From Syncephalis fuscata S228 (lineage: Eukaryota; Fungi; Zoopagomycota), in contig JAHLTZ010000005.1 in assembly GCA_025786725.1 (NCBI GenBank), positions 496,001-560,000 on the forward strand: DNA of 64,000 nt, given 5' to 3'. The translations under genes and the position numbers were made by a program. The notes below the pieces were generated by a model that did not search any database, was not told the origin of the DNA, and saw nothing but the letters and a program-made list of their open reading frames with translations. Of the stretch, positions 52,003-64,000 are shown piece by piece (within the stretch, counting starts at the first letter, position 1; each line of letters opens with the position of its first letter).

Positions 52003-52241
52003 TCACTGATAGATGGTCGTAACGGGTAATCGTCGTCGTTTATCCCTGTCACTTTGCTGTGGCGGTAGAATCTTGACAAACACAAATGCAATGGACGCAA
52101 TGCCAGTAGCCGGAACAAGCACGTAATATTACATACGTAAAGCATCACCATATGCTATATATTAAGATTGGCGTTGGCTTTTGTACCCTTAAGAGAAGCA
52201 TTATTTGTCACAACTTTGTCTTCAGAAGCTGGAACCGTCAT
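52003..52241 (-). pseudogene. Collapsed third DHA2 MFS paralog (3' end plus a possible 5' stub)
   Basis: 52003-52156 translates AYGDALRM*YYVLVPATGIASIAFVFVKILPPQQSDRDKRRRLPVTTIYQ*, colinear with the C-terminus of 55007-57006. It is preceded directly by a short ATG-started hydrophilic stub (MTVPASEDKVVTNNAS...). Confidence 0.8.
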
Positions 52242-52901
52242 ATTTGTGAATAGCTAGCGTTAAATTGCAATAAGAAGTAGAAGGCTGGTTAAACGACGAA
52301 GAGGAAAAGCAGCAAATAGTGGGGTGACTTATAGATTTACTCGGTAACGAAAAACAGGCCAAAAGCTATTTTGACATGTGAGAAAATAAGGCCAGCTTCT
52401 TTATTTTGGTAAGCAATATTTATCGGATAAATTCCACGTTTATCATTGTTACACAGGTGAGATTTTTGTATGCAAAAACTCACCGGCTATGCTAACAGTA
52501 ATTGAGTCGTTTGATCAAAAAATGACACTTTCAGCTTACTCGGATAACAAATCTACTACTGGAAATATACGAATTTAATTCAACAAACACTTGGCTGAAC
52601 ATCAAACTTAAATATCTAATATTCTTACTGATACTCCTTTCTTTTCTACCATAATAATCATTCTATAGATTGAGCATCACATCTAGTTAATTAATTAATC
52701 ATTAAGTACTACTTAAATTATAATAATAATAATAATAATAACAGCCATTATGCTTTACTCTATTGTATTAACCAAATATTTCATTTCATTTCATACTCTG
52801 TTTTGCAACAGCATAGCATAATGCGTGTTGTGTAGCCATCCATGGTGACTTGAGTAATAAAGCATAAAAAGAAATTAATTGAATACGATATAGGCAAAAC
52901 A

Positions 52902-54230
52902 TCAACCAATAACTCGACTGTAATTTGCCAACTCTTCATCGTGGATTAGTCGTTCATAGCAATTTTTGTCGATGCTAATACAAACTTCAAAACCGCGCTG
53001 AGAGTTTTGGAATGGTGGCATATCAAGAATACATACTAGAGCTACGGCTGAACTCATAAAACATCTGCAACGAGTGGGTATCCCATAGCCGAAATCTATT
53101 TCATAATAGCCAAACTTTGACCAATCTGTGATTGCATAGTCTGCGTACGGATCCCAGTTAGCAAGTCTTTCGGTCAATGTTGCCTGTCCAGTAATTTCTG
53201 CTTCACTAAGCCATTGTTCTTTTGTACTGGATTTGGCGACAAGGATTGCTTGGCGGTTTTTTATTGCTAAACTGCCTAACGAGCAGCGGGTCATTTCTCC
53301 GGCCGTTATGAAGATCTTGGAATGATATAATGCATTTCCAAAATAGTTGTCCGGTATGCCTGGAAAACAGGAACGCATGTTAATAGCAGCCTGTTCGATT
53401 AATGGCTGATCAGCACTTATTTTTCGTGCTCTTGTAATGGCGCGCAAAGATAATGCAACAACGGCATCCATAGTTGATAACCAATATTTGTTTCTTTCTT
53501 CAGCGGTAAGTGATTCAATAGCATCTTCTTTTAATGCTGCAAGATTTTCTGGCGTAAATTGAAAAATAATTCCTTCTTTAGCTGATTTCTTGCTGATTGA
53601 AGTGCACAATGCACTTCTTTTCCTGCGCTCTTCCTGTTGCTGCAATTCAGTGGGTTTTGGGTCAAGCATTAATAGTCGACGATCGCCTGTAGGCAATGGC
53701 GGATTTTTACCACGCACAAATGCCGCCCAATCTTTAATAAAAAGCATAGAAGCAAGTCCATCGGCAACATAATGATGGCAGGCGACGCTTACCGCCACGC
53801 CAGAGTTGTTGGCATAGCGAGTTACTTTCACACCAAGTATGGGCTGTTTCTCAGATTGAGGCCCTTGAATGGCTTGTAAATCGTTTGTTATAGTATGTTG
53901 TGGCCAATCCGGTTCAAATATCGAAATATCATCACCGGAAAAAGCCTCAGTAAAAAGTACACCCTTGGTTGAAGGTTGCACCTCGAATTCTCCGTCATCA
54001 CGAAGCTTCAAATGTCCATAAAGAATGGGATAGTTTAGTAGCGTTTTTTTGAGACCTTGAATTAGCCGATCAGTTGGCATAAAATCGGATGCATGATCGT
54101 GGTTTTTATAAAAAAAGAACTGGTGTGGATACATTGGTATTGGAAAGTGGTCGGCATGATTTAGACGATATATCTGTTTCGCATGATCACTGTTGGGCGA
54201 TAGCCATATTTCATTGCTGGACACAATCAT
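52902..54230 (-). CDS. CoA-dependent acyltransferase, BAHD/Transferase family (Tri101-like fold), intronless
   Basis: HXXXD motif CHHYVADG; YFGNA; TDWSKFGYYEIDFGYG (DFGWG motif). Confidence 0.92.
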   Translation of the reverse strand: MIVSSNEIWLSPNSDHAKQIYRLNHADHFPIPMYPHQFFFYKNHDHASDFMPTDRLIQGLKKTLLNYPILYGHLKLRDDGEFEVQPSTKGVLFTEAFSGDDISIFEPDWPQHTITNDLQAIQGPQSEKQPILGVKVTRYANNSGVAVSVACHHYVADGLASMLFIKDWAAFVRGKNPPLPTGDRRLLMLDPKPTELQQQEERRKRSALCTSISKKSAKEGIIFQFTPENLAALKEDAIESLTAEERNKYWLSTMDAVVALSLRAITRARKISADQPLIEQAAINMRSCFPGIPDNYFGNALYHSKIFITAGEMTRCSLGSLAIKNRQAILVAKSSTKEQWLSEAEITGQATLTERLANWDPYADYAITDWSKFGYYEIDFGYGIPTRCRCFMSSAVALVCILDMPPFQNSQRGFEVCISIDKNCYERLIHDEELANYSRVIG

Positions 54231-55006
54231 ATTTAAGCAGCAGATTAATAAGCAAGTGTAATTAACTACAAAACAACAATAACGACACTTATCAATTGTT
54301 TATAAATAATAGATATAAAAGCATGCAAGCTTTATAGACTGCATGTTTTATTTTCTAGAAAGAATGTAAGATGCATTCATAAAGCAACATCTAGAATGAC
54401 TAGATTCGACCTATTTTTACGTTTTGGTCTTGCATTGTTCTAATTTAGATTTTATAATATTGGTCTTAAATCTTTATTAATACACTTATAATTGCTTTTA
54501 TTAAGCCTAAAATGGTAAAATGTGTAACTGATAAGCAATGTAATGAAATCGTTAAACAAAAAGACAGATATGCATCTTTGTACTCATGTAAAAATTGATC
54601 ATTTGACTAGTATTGTTTTTGCTTGGTCATTTGTAAAAACATGTTTAGCTTTTGATTAAAGTATTAGCGATGACATATTTACTATTAAATGATTAAAACA
54701 TATGCATACTAGAATAATACACAAATGTTTTTCTTTATTGTGAATATTAGCCACGTATACTTAAATGACAATGAACCATACAGTTTATTTTTATTGTAGT
54801 AAATCTTTATATTTTTTAAAATTGCCATAATGCTTTGCGTTGCTGCTACTCTTAATTTTATTATTATTATTATGAAAAACCATTCTCGCAAACTAATTAA
54901 AATGTTTGGCATGCTCTTTGACTTGATAGTAAAAAAATTATAAATATAAATTTGTACTTTATTAGTTTTAGATAATGTGATTTTGAATTAACGGCTAGTC
55001 CTTTAG

Positions 55007-57006
55007 CTAATGTATAGCCATAACAGGTGCTCGTTTCCGTTTATCACTGTCGCTCTGCTGTTGTGGTAGAATTTTAACAAACGCAAATGCAATGGCTGCA
55101 ATGCCAGCAACTGGGATAAGCACGTAGTATTGCATACGTAAAGCATCGGCATATGCCTGTATAGTAAGGCTTTTGATGGGCTCTGTAAGATCGTGGATCT
55201 TTTCAATGGACTGTAAGGCATCTCCAGTCAAATCACCGGACGAAATGTACGTTGCAAGCAATGATGCTAGTTTGTTGTTGAAAATAGCACCCTCAATTGC
55301 AAGACCAACCACCCCGCCAATAATCTGAAAGAATCCCATAACTGCCGTGGCAATAGCCACATTTTCTGGTGTCACTGACACCTGAGCCGCCAGTATAGAC
55401 GTCTGGATAGCACCACCGAATCCTGTACCAAGAATAATCATGGCACAAATTTCTAGTGCTTTCTTTGTGCTTACGTCGAAAAGAGTAATTAGTCCAAAGC
55501 CAATTGTAACCATCGACATGCCAATTGGCATAAAGAGTCGATAAGACCATTCACCAACACGAGTAGCAATAATTCCAGATAGTATTACTGTAATGGAGAT
55601 AGGCAATACGAACGGAAGTAAAATTAGACCTGACTGAGTAGCGCTATAGCCACGAACTGCCTAATAAAGTCGATGTACATTAGTAAATTAAGCTTTAAAC
55701 TAGTATCTACAATAATTCCTTACCTGGAAAAATATTGGGAGATAGTAGATTGGACTGAAAAATCCCCAGCCAAGTAGAAAGATGCCAACACCAAGCAAGC
55801 AAATGGACTTTGAGCGGAAAAGCTGTAATGGAACTATTGGTTCAGTTGCTATACGGTGCTCTACCCATAGTAAACCGGTTAGAATAACAATGGCTACGCA
55901 GAATAGCGAGATAATGACCGGCGATGTCCATGGATACATGGAGCCACCCCAGTTAATAGGCAGCAGCAGTGCGACGCAGAACAAAAGAATAAGCAGTGTA
56001 CCCAAGTAGTCGATGCGTCTTATTTTCTCGCGTACCGATCCAACAGGTGTTTTGAGTTTTAGTAGGAAAATACAATAAGAATAGTGATGGCACCAACTGG
56101 CAAGTTGATATAAAAAGCCCAGCGCCATGAAAGATGATCAGTGAACAATCCTCCAGTAATGGTCCAATGACACTACTGAAAGCAAATACTGCACCAACAA
56201 TACCGGCATATTGACCACGTTGACGGGGTGGAGCAATGTCTATTTACAATAATATAATTTATTGTTAGTGAACAAAAAACACACAGACTATTCAGCAACT
56301 TACCAGCAATAATAATCATTACTAATGGAACAAATCCACCGCCTCCAATACCAGCAATAGCTCGCATGATGATTAACATAATGATACTATTAGCTGCACC
56401 GCATCCTAATGAACCAGCCAAAAAGATAACGGTGGCCGCAATAAATATAGGCTTGCGTCCAAAAATATCAGAGAATCGACCATAAAGTGGCTGTGCTGCT
56501 GTCGAGGTTAGCAAGTAAGCAATGCCAATCCACGCAACCTGATCTAATGCATCGAATTCCGAAGCAATTCGCGGGATGGCTGTGGATACAATTGTTTGAT
56601 CAAGTGAAGCAAGGAAAACAGCCAGGGCCAATCTAAAATACTAAATTAGTTAGTTAAATATTACTTTAATCACGTTTACTTGCCCTATAAATATAATTAT
56701 ACGACGACGCAACGACAATTCTTCTGTTGCATCCGTATCCTTTTGAGAGCATTGGTCATTGACGTTGTTGTCATTATCACATAAACTAGGATGAGAAATA
56801 GTTTGTATTTCCTTTTCTTCATCAAAACTATTGGCGGTGCTCGGTTTTGCTTCGCTATATGAGCGATTCTCGTTAAGCGTCGTTGTACAAGAGTTTTCGT
56901 TAAAATTTTGTCCTTTGATTTTTATTATTGCAATTGATTTGTCCTCAGTGTCCAGTGAGTGAATTATTTTGCTGTTTGTCTCCATCATTATGGATTGGTT
57001 AGACAT
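55007..57006 (-). CDS. MFS drug:H+ antiporter, DHA2 (14-TM) type, copy 2
   Basis: Same motifs as copy 1; three introns, the first GC-AG (56633-56683); minor frameshifts near 56070-56160. Confidence 0.92.
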
Positions 57007-58723
57007 TTTTGATGTTTCAAAACCAATTTGATTGAATTTAACCGATATTAAGATTAATCAAATAAACGACTTATCACTAAATTGGAGATGAATATTTAAT
57101 GCAACGACTAATGCATAACACGCTTGATGTGTAACAATTTTAAAGCGAAAAAGAAAGGATGAAAGTAAAGAAAACATTAAAATTTTACATTTTAAATGCT
57201 TTATTTAGCATGGCATGCCGGTTCTTTGTTTCATCAACACGAATGTAGGCCTTGTGCTATATTGTTTTTTTTCACGACTTGTTAATATGCGCGTCGCATG
57301 GATATTCATCCATTCCTAATGGGGAAATTTACCCGATTGTTGCAATAAAAATACATTTGTGCAACGATTTCACCATACAATTTACACATGCAGATGCATG
57401 CATATTAAACATCATGTAGAAATATTTTCCATTGTGCCGTAGTATAATCATCGCAAGTGTTTAATTAGTTTATATAAAATAAAATACAGTCTTCTACGAC
57501 ATATGAGTACCTTAGCAAACTCTCCTTAAAAGTCATTATTTTTGATTTCATGTTCCAACGTAATTATTGTCAAATTTATGAACAGCTTATATTGGGCACT
57601 TGAATAGATAATTTATTTAGTTGGCAAAATTTAAATTGCTTTTATTAAATTATCACAGTTTTTATAGCACATACTCTGGCGGAGTTCTAATTCTTTAAAA
57701 ATAAACGACCGAATAACTTGCGTACAAATGTATTAATTGATACTCACCTGAGAAATTGTCATAGCATATAATTTTTAATAAAAGCTATATATGGATTAAA
57801 ACACGTTGTCTAGATTTTCTTATTGTTTGACTAAGCGAATATCAAACTAATACCCCATTTATTTACTTCATTAAAAACTTATCAGATACGCTCTTATAGC
57901 ACAACACGCCACTGGTGGTATAAATGTTATAGCTACTACAAAACATTGTAAATATCTAATATTTTATATTGTCTTCATTTGATTTTTCTTGCTATTGCTG
58001 ATTTTAAAAAATTGAAATCTGCTATTTATTAAATAAAATAAAATGTGCCAACAACATAACATGTTGTGTATCATTTAGCATTAATACGCAATTTATTTTT
58101 AAAAACAAGTTACTAATATAGACTGCAACGAGTAGTATTATAGAAATATAACAAGGTTCAAATGCATAATCTCTCGATATAATAACAAACAAACTAATGC
58201 CAGCATTGGTGACTAAAACCGGATGCCAAAATGCATTTATTCATTTTCAACACAACACTAACAGTAGTAATAAAAAATGCTATACAAATTGAACATCTAA
58301 TTCAACCATATTTTGATGATCGTTGATGAGTAAGGCAGCATAATAAATACACAATATAAATACAAATTCTATTTTTCATTAAATTCCTATACGCGTTTTC
58401 CTTAAATGCCATAACATGTTAGTTCTGAATTCGGATTCTTGGAATATAGACTAAATTGAACATGGCCATTGGAATGATGACGATAATGCTATGCAAACAC
58501 AAAAATTTATTGGTTATTTGCCTTTGCAGTTTTGTTCCTTCGTCATCTCGTCTCCCTTTCGTCCAAATATTTAAAGACGCGCTAAAATACGAATAAGCTT
58601 TAACAGGTTGATAAGCTATCTTTATCTCTGCCATCTGCATTTTAGTAAAACTGTTTGTGCATAAGTCTTAAGTAAGACTCTAACAGGGAAACGCTCACCG
58701 ATTAGCGGTATTTCAACGCCGGC

Positions 58724-59415
58724 ATGGCTACTGCAGCACTTTGGAAGCAACACTTTTTGCATTTAGCACGTTACAATGCTTGGGCCTACCAAGTATTGCT
58801 GAAATCAACATCAGCACTGAATGACGAACAATTCAGTGCTCATGTAGGACTATGTTTTCGATCTATTCATGGCACGTTCAATCATCTAATTGCATCGGAT
58901 ACTCTTTGGTAAGTTCTAGTAAACTATTATAATTTTAATAACACGCATTGTTTAGGTATTCCCGCTTGGCCCAAAAGACGAACGACGAATGCATCGAAGC
59001 TCGAAAAATGTGGAGTTCAGAGGAAAAATTTGCCAAAGCAGATGATGCATTTTCAATTTGGGAACAGTATATTACTGATCGAAACCAGATAGCCGATTTC
59101 ATTAATCAAAGCGTAAGTAAAACAAATGATAAAGCAATAATTGCTGATCAATTTTAGTCGGTTCGGTATATTGAGTTTATTGAATCTTTGCCCGATTCAT
59201 ATGATTTTGAAAGTCCTTTTCCTTATACTGACAGTAGCAAAATGCCAAGAGCAACCAATTGGCGAATTGCGTTAACACATGTATTTAATCATGCAACGCA
59301 TCATCGTGGACAAATATCCGGTGGTGTCACGCAACTCGGCCTAGCTCCACCTTCCATAGATCTCATATTTTATCCAGGTTCCACATGGGCGCCAGAAAAC
59401 AAAAATCAGCAATAA
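58724..59415 (+). CDS. DinB/YfiT-like family protein
   Basis: ARYNAWA, FRSIHGTFNHLIASDTLW, LTHVFNHATHHRGQI...LG..PPSIDL; metal-binding His triad present; two GT-AG introns. Confidence 0.9.
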
Positions 59416-59960
59416 AAGCAAGCTAACTATTGAAAAAATGACTGGTATATACTGTTAACACTTTAGCGAATCAGTGTTGTAACTAGGTTCTTAAATTAAA
59501 AAAAAGCGAGATTAGATAGCATCAGATTATTGGGTAGTAAACAAGTATGGGCACGTACATGAATGTCAGATCTAGCTTAATTCGTCATTTTGTATCAAAA
59601 TGACAACTGCTATACATGTGGCGATGTGGTATCAATGTCGGTAAAAACATGCACTATATATCCAATGCTATACAAGCAATTTACCAATGTTTACTATCTT
59701 CTTGTTGTCTCGTAGACTAAAAAATAAAGGTTTATTCTTAGTATCAAAGGCTGATGCCAATTATAGATGTAAAATCAAGTTTTATTTTCAATTAATAATT
59801 AATGAAGATGAATATATAATATGTAAACTGAATTGATTGAAACCAGTTTGTACAAAGGAATATCTACATATATCCCGGCATTGCATTGCATCTCAAGTTT
59901 AGCAACTCTTTCCGTGACTGATATCGCCCATTATTGTTTTAGCCGACATACAACGATATT

Positions 59961-61832
59961 ATGTATTACACCATTGTTCAGCGGCAGTTATGGCTTTTGT
60001 TATTGGGTGTATTTATGCAAATTATCTATACGGATGCTAAAATATTGCTCACGAGTAGCAACGGCACTACATTAAATCTCCATACCTACGATTATTTTCT
60101 TTATCGCGAGCCTTTCTATCGCTACAAAGGTATAGGTGCCGTTTGGGGCGTTCTTCCCAATAGCGATGGGGATGGCTGCACTTTCCAGCCTTTGAATAGC
60201 ACCAGCTCAAATGCCAAAAACTTAACAGCAAAATTAACAGCACCCGCGAGTCTAGCCATAGTCGTTGAAATGTATTCGCTTTACAGCTCCGGCTGCCAAA
60301 CACGTGCAAAGGTAGATAACAAACAAAACTAATCGTAGCGATGATCATCTTTCTAAACATGGACATTTACGCGTTTTCTAGGCTCAGACAGCGTTGGATG
60401 CATTGTCGCGTCAACTGGAACAAAACGGATTACCTTCCGTAAAATTACTTGTGTTAATTAATGTACCTGATATCTACCAACCAAAATGGGAATCAAATTT
60501 TATTGGTCAAAACTCAGTTGGATTATCGGGTGCAGCCAGTGGGTCGTCATTTACGGCAATCACCCTCATGCCTGTGGACGAGACGATATCCTTTGCAACC
60601 ATTGTGCGTAAAAGATACGAATTCTTTTATTTAACTGCTGAAGAGGGTAGATATTTGAAATCTACAAGATATGCCTCATTACTGACTTGTGTCTAGAACA
60701 AGGCCCTTGGAATGCAGCTTTCTTATCGCCTGGATTGACCGCGTGCAAATGGATTTATTTTACTATAGTATGCATGGCATTTGCATGCACGATAATACTT
60801 AGCTAATTCGTTTATAAATCATCTAGGTGCTACTAGTGTTTACATATGCAATTGTTCGAAGTATTGCCCTAGTAAAATTGAAAAAGCTACCCAAGGATTT
60901 ACTATTGGTGGCTTTTATCGCATCTATTGCTTATGTTTTTGGTAATTTAATAGTGTTCAAATGCAATTACTATAATTAACATTTATTTATTTAGTGTTAT
61001 TTGTCCATATCATCGTACCACCTACTGCTTTCTCGCTTAACATGATAGGAATTATATGTAACTTCCTATCAAATGTTCCCTTTGATCTGATACTTATACA
61101 TTGGTATGTAGTAACTACGCTCAATAACATAATACTAAAAATACACAATTTACAGGTCGATTCATGGAAAGACATATTTCTCGCGCTTTGCAGTTATATG
61201 TTTCAGAGTAGTTATATCGCTTAATATGGCTCTTATTGTCATGGCGTTTGTATTCCAAGTATACATCTATAGTGACGATGATTGGATCCTTAAAGATGTT
61301 AAAAAATACGTGGCATTGAACAGTATCACAAATGCCATTCCTTTGATTAACGCCATTATTTTTGGCGGCTTTAGTAAGTTGTTAAAGTATACAACGCATA
61401 ACTGTAGGCTAACAACAAAGTAGCAATATGGTTTATTTTCTGTTTTCTAAAGTTACGAAAACACGCAGAGGCACGCTTTCGTTTTATACAGGTAGAGTGT
61501 AGCGACGACTAATGCTAAAAGCGCGGTATTAACTATTGAGGCAGTTGACATTATTTACAGCTCTTGCTTGTTTTACATTTGTTGTATTTGGGCTGTATTT
61601 TATTTTAACAGATCTGAAGCAGCCCGTGACCACCATCAATGGACTAGTTTCATTTAGCATTTTGTATGATTTAGCATATTTTATTCGCGCACTTGTGTTT
61701 TTATCAGTACTAGGAGTCCGTTGGCCAAAATCTAAGGATAGCATACATATTCATGCACCACTCGAAGAAATGTCGGTTGCCGAGGTTGGATCAATCACAA
61801 ATAAGCATAGAGATCGTTTAGAATTAGATTAA
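59961..61832 (+). CDS. Signal peptide + PA-like ectodomain + multi-TM (about 7TM) receptor-like protein, copy 2
   Basis: Signal peptide; SGCQTRAK|AQ...GLPSVKLLVLI; EE|EQGPWNAAF; then serial TM exons. Same architecture and first-intron region as 4975-6883. Confidence 0.72.
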
Positions 61833-61933
61833 AACGTTGAAACATATATATATACATATTTATATAATCCGTGTCACAAATGTTTCTTTTATATATTTTT
61901 TGTAGATTTCCAGTATTTAACTATTCCTTTGCA

Positions 61934-63184
61934 ATGAGCCAACCAAAGACTAATGAAAGCGATACATCATCTGCTACGGTCGCTTTGACCAAAGAGCAAC
62001 AGGAAAGAGTTGCTGCTAATCGAAAAAAAGCTAAGGAACGACGTGAAGAAGCATTACGAAAAGCCGGGATTAGCAGCACGAGTCAACCAGCAGCCCCTAC
62101 TGACGGCAATGGTACCGACTCTAATAAGCGAAAGCGAGGCCATCGCTTTGTCGACTACGATCTATCGACGCTTAAAGACTCGCGAGGTGGCTTTATTCCG
62201 GGCGATTTTTCTGACGAACGTGAACGAGCACGACGCCGCCGCGAGGATGAAATGGCCGCAGAACGAGCACGCACCCGTGTCGACGAATTACGTAGGTAGA
62301 TCTTGTAGCTTTGGTGTTCGATACGCCAGTAATAACAAGCAAGCACGTTTATTTTAGCTTTTAGTATTATTTCTTCGTCAGACAATCCTCATTGCGCCCA
62401 TTGTGAGTCATTTGACTTGGACCCGGAATTCTATAGTGTGTTCCATGTATCGGTGTGTAGAAGCTGTAAAAACGAACTGCCCGAGAAGTACAGTTTACTA
62501 ACTAAAACAGAAGTCAAAGAGGTTGGTAAATAGTAGTATTTATTGTTGTTGTTGTTGTTAATTAGTTTAACGTGCATTATTAGGATTATTTATTAACTGA
62601 TGGTAGGCATACTTGCACATCCATGCCATATACTAGCTATTGACTGAGTGTAGAGGAACTGCGTGATACAGAAGTGATGCAACATTTGTTACGAGCCAAT
62701 CCACATAAAGCAACTTGGAGTAACATGATGCTTTATTTACGCGCTCAGGTAAACTTTACGTATAAATAGAAGCAGAGTCTGCTTCAGTGATATTTAATAG
62801 ATTATAAATGTATTAATACCGATACTTATTAGGTTGAGGCATTTGCTTTTAAGAAATGGGGTGGTCCCGAGGGACTTGACGCAGAATGGGCAAAGCGTGA
62901 AGAAGAAAAGAAACGAAAACGAGATGAAAAGTTTAAGAAAAAGCTTACAGGTAGGTAGTGGCAGTTTATTAATAAATAAATAAATAAAGCCCATTAATTA
63001 TAATGATACGGTATTTATCGTAGATTTACGTAGACGAACACGGGCTAGTGAATACAAAAAGCTACGAGTTAACGATACAAAACATGTCCACGTTTATGAC
63101 GAAGCCGAAACAGATGAAGCAACAGGCGATTCAATACAACGATGTAGGGAATGTGGAATGACCGTTACTATAGATGAATTTTAA
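61934..63184 (+). CDS. RAD14: DNA damage recognition protein Rad14/XPA
   Basis: [16 protein letters not shown]; [16 protein letters not shown]; CAHC...VCRSC; [12 protein letters not shown]|DYLLTD|EELRD; [15 protein letters not shown]; [15 protein letters not shown]; C-terminal CRECG. Confidence 0.95.
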
Positions 63185-63214
63185 CATCAAATAAACTTTT
63201 TATTGTTATCACTG

Positions 63215-64000
63215 TTAAACTGTGCCAAAATAACGATCTATAGTATATTCAACGGTTAATTAAAAGTCTATAATCGTATAAATGAATAAGACCTACCACC
63301 AAAGTTACCCATACCCGGTTCAATGTATAGATTGTCCAAGGAGAGTCCTGGATCAACCATTGATGTCACAATCCTCACTTTGGGGAATGCTTTGGCAATA
63401 GAGTGTAATCCTATAGGATAAAATGGTTAATTGCTAAATAATGTTTATTCTATAAGTCACATGATGACTTACCTTGTGGCGCTGACAATAAAGATAAAAA
63501 TATAATACGATCCTAATCATTAATATCAATTATTAGCTATGATTAGATATAATAGCTGCAAATATACCTCGGCCACATCATGATCCAATAAAACACGAAT
63601 AGCCATAATACCGGCTGCTCCTGTCGCAATAGTTGCATCCTAATATAGACGTAAATAATAATTAGTGTGTCATTAACTATTAGCATACCATTAAAAAGAC
63701 GTAGCGATCACCAATATTGGACGGCAAAATAAGATGATGTAACTAGCCAATGGAGTAATATAGTATATTTACATTAATAACCTGTTTCTTTAAGCATTTT
63801 TTATACTGCTTTAACACTTACTTGAGGTTCTCCAGTTTTTGAATCCGATTGAATTAACATACGGCCAAGTGGTACATCTTTGACTACTTTACGTAGACTG
63901 ACCTCCATGGGTAGACCAGCTCGAACAATCGACACACCACACAACTAAAACAGACATCATTATAATAAATAATGGCTATCAACTATCTATTAAATGGTAT
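63215..64000 (-). CDS. Uridine kinase / UCKL1-type protein, C-terminal UPRTase-like domain (5' part outside the window)
   Basis: LCGVSIVRAG, GRMLIQSDSKTGEPQL, LMDATIATGAAGIMAIRVLLDHDV, GLHSIAKAFPKVRIVT, PGMGNFGDRYFGTV*. Confidence 0.88.

Noticed and set aside
63215-64000. Calling this FUR1 (uracil phosphoribosyltransferase)
   Set aside because: The PRPP loop reads DATIATGAA...AIRVLLDHDV, typical of the UPRTase-like domain of uridine kinase/UCKL1 proteins rather than DPMLATGGS.
1-64000. tRNA, rRNA or prokaryotic defence operon
   Set aside because: No cloverleaf or rRNA-like segment was recognised by eye (tRNAscan-SE/Infernal not run), and the window is spliceosomal eukaryotic DNA.

Overview
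AT-rich, intron-dense eukaryotic DNA with short (about 45-110 nt) GT-AG introns and several micro-exons. Gene content and family expansions suggest an early-diverging fungus, probably Zoopagomycota (Syncephalis-like); that taxon call is inference. Housekeeping genes: HIS1, NCS2/CTU2, UTP25, SRP receptor beta, CFT1/CPSF1, RAD14/XPA, a UCKL1/URK1-like 3' end, and a 3-beta-HSD/ERG26-like SDR. Accessory content: (i) two decayed Fanzor/TnpB-like RuvC nuclease relics of different subtypes, missed by the ORF track; the second sits in a 744-bp TIR-bounded element that ends in a hairpin-rich candidate omega-RNA; (ii) a five-copy tandem array of orphan GPCR-like 7TM genes with patchwork sequence sharing, plus a distant sixth paralog; (iii) a signal-peptide-bearing pseudokinase; (iv) two PA-like-ectodomain multi-TM receptor-like genes; (v) an MFS / collapsed MFS / BAHD acyltransferase / MFS / DinB neighbourhood; (vi) a type-I-membrane UGT, a DOMON-cytochrome b561 protein, and F-box-like, GNAT, VanZ-like and small secreted proteins. 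Single-base frameshifts inside essential genes indicate residual assembly indel errors, so a frameshift alone is not treated as pseudogenisation. All family assignments come from motif recognition by eye; no searches were run.
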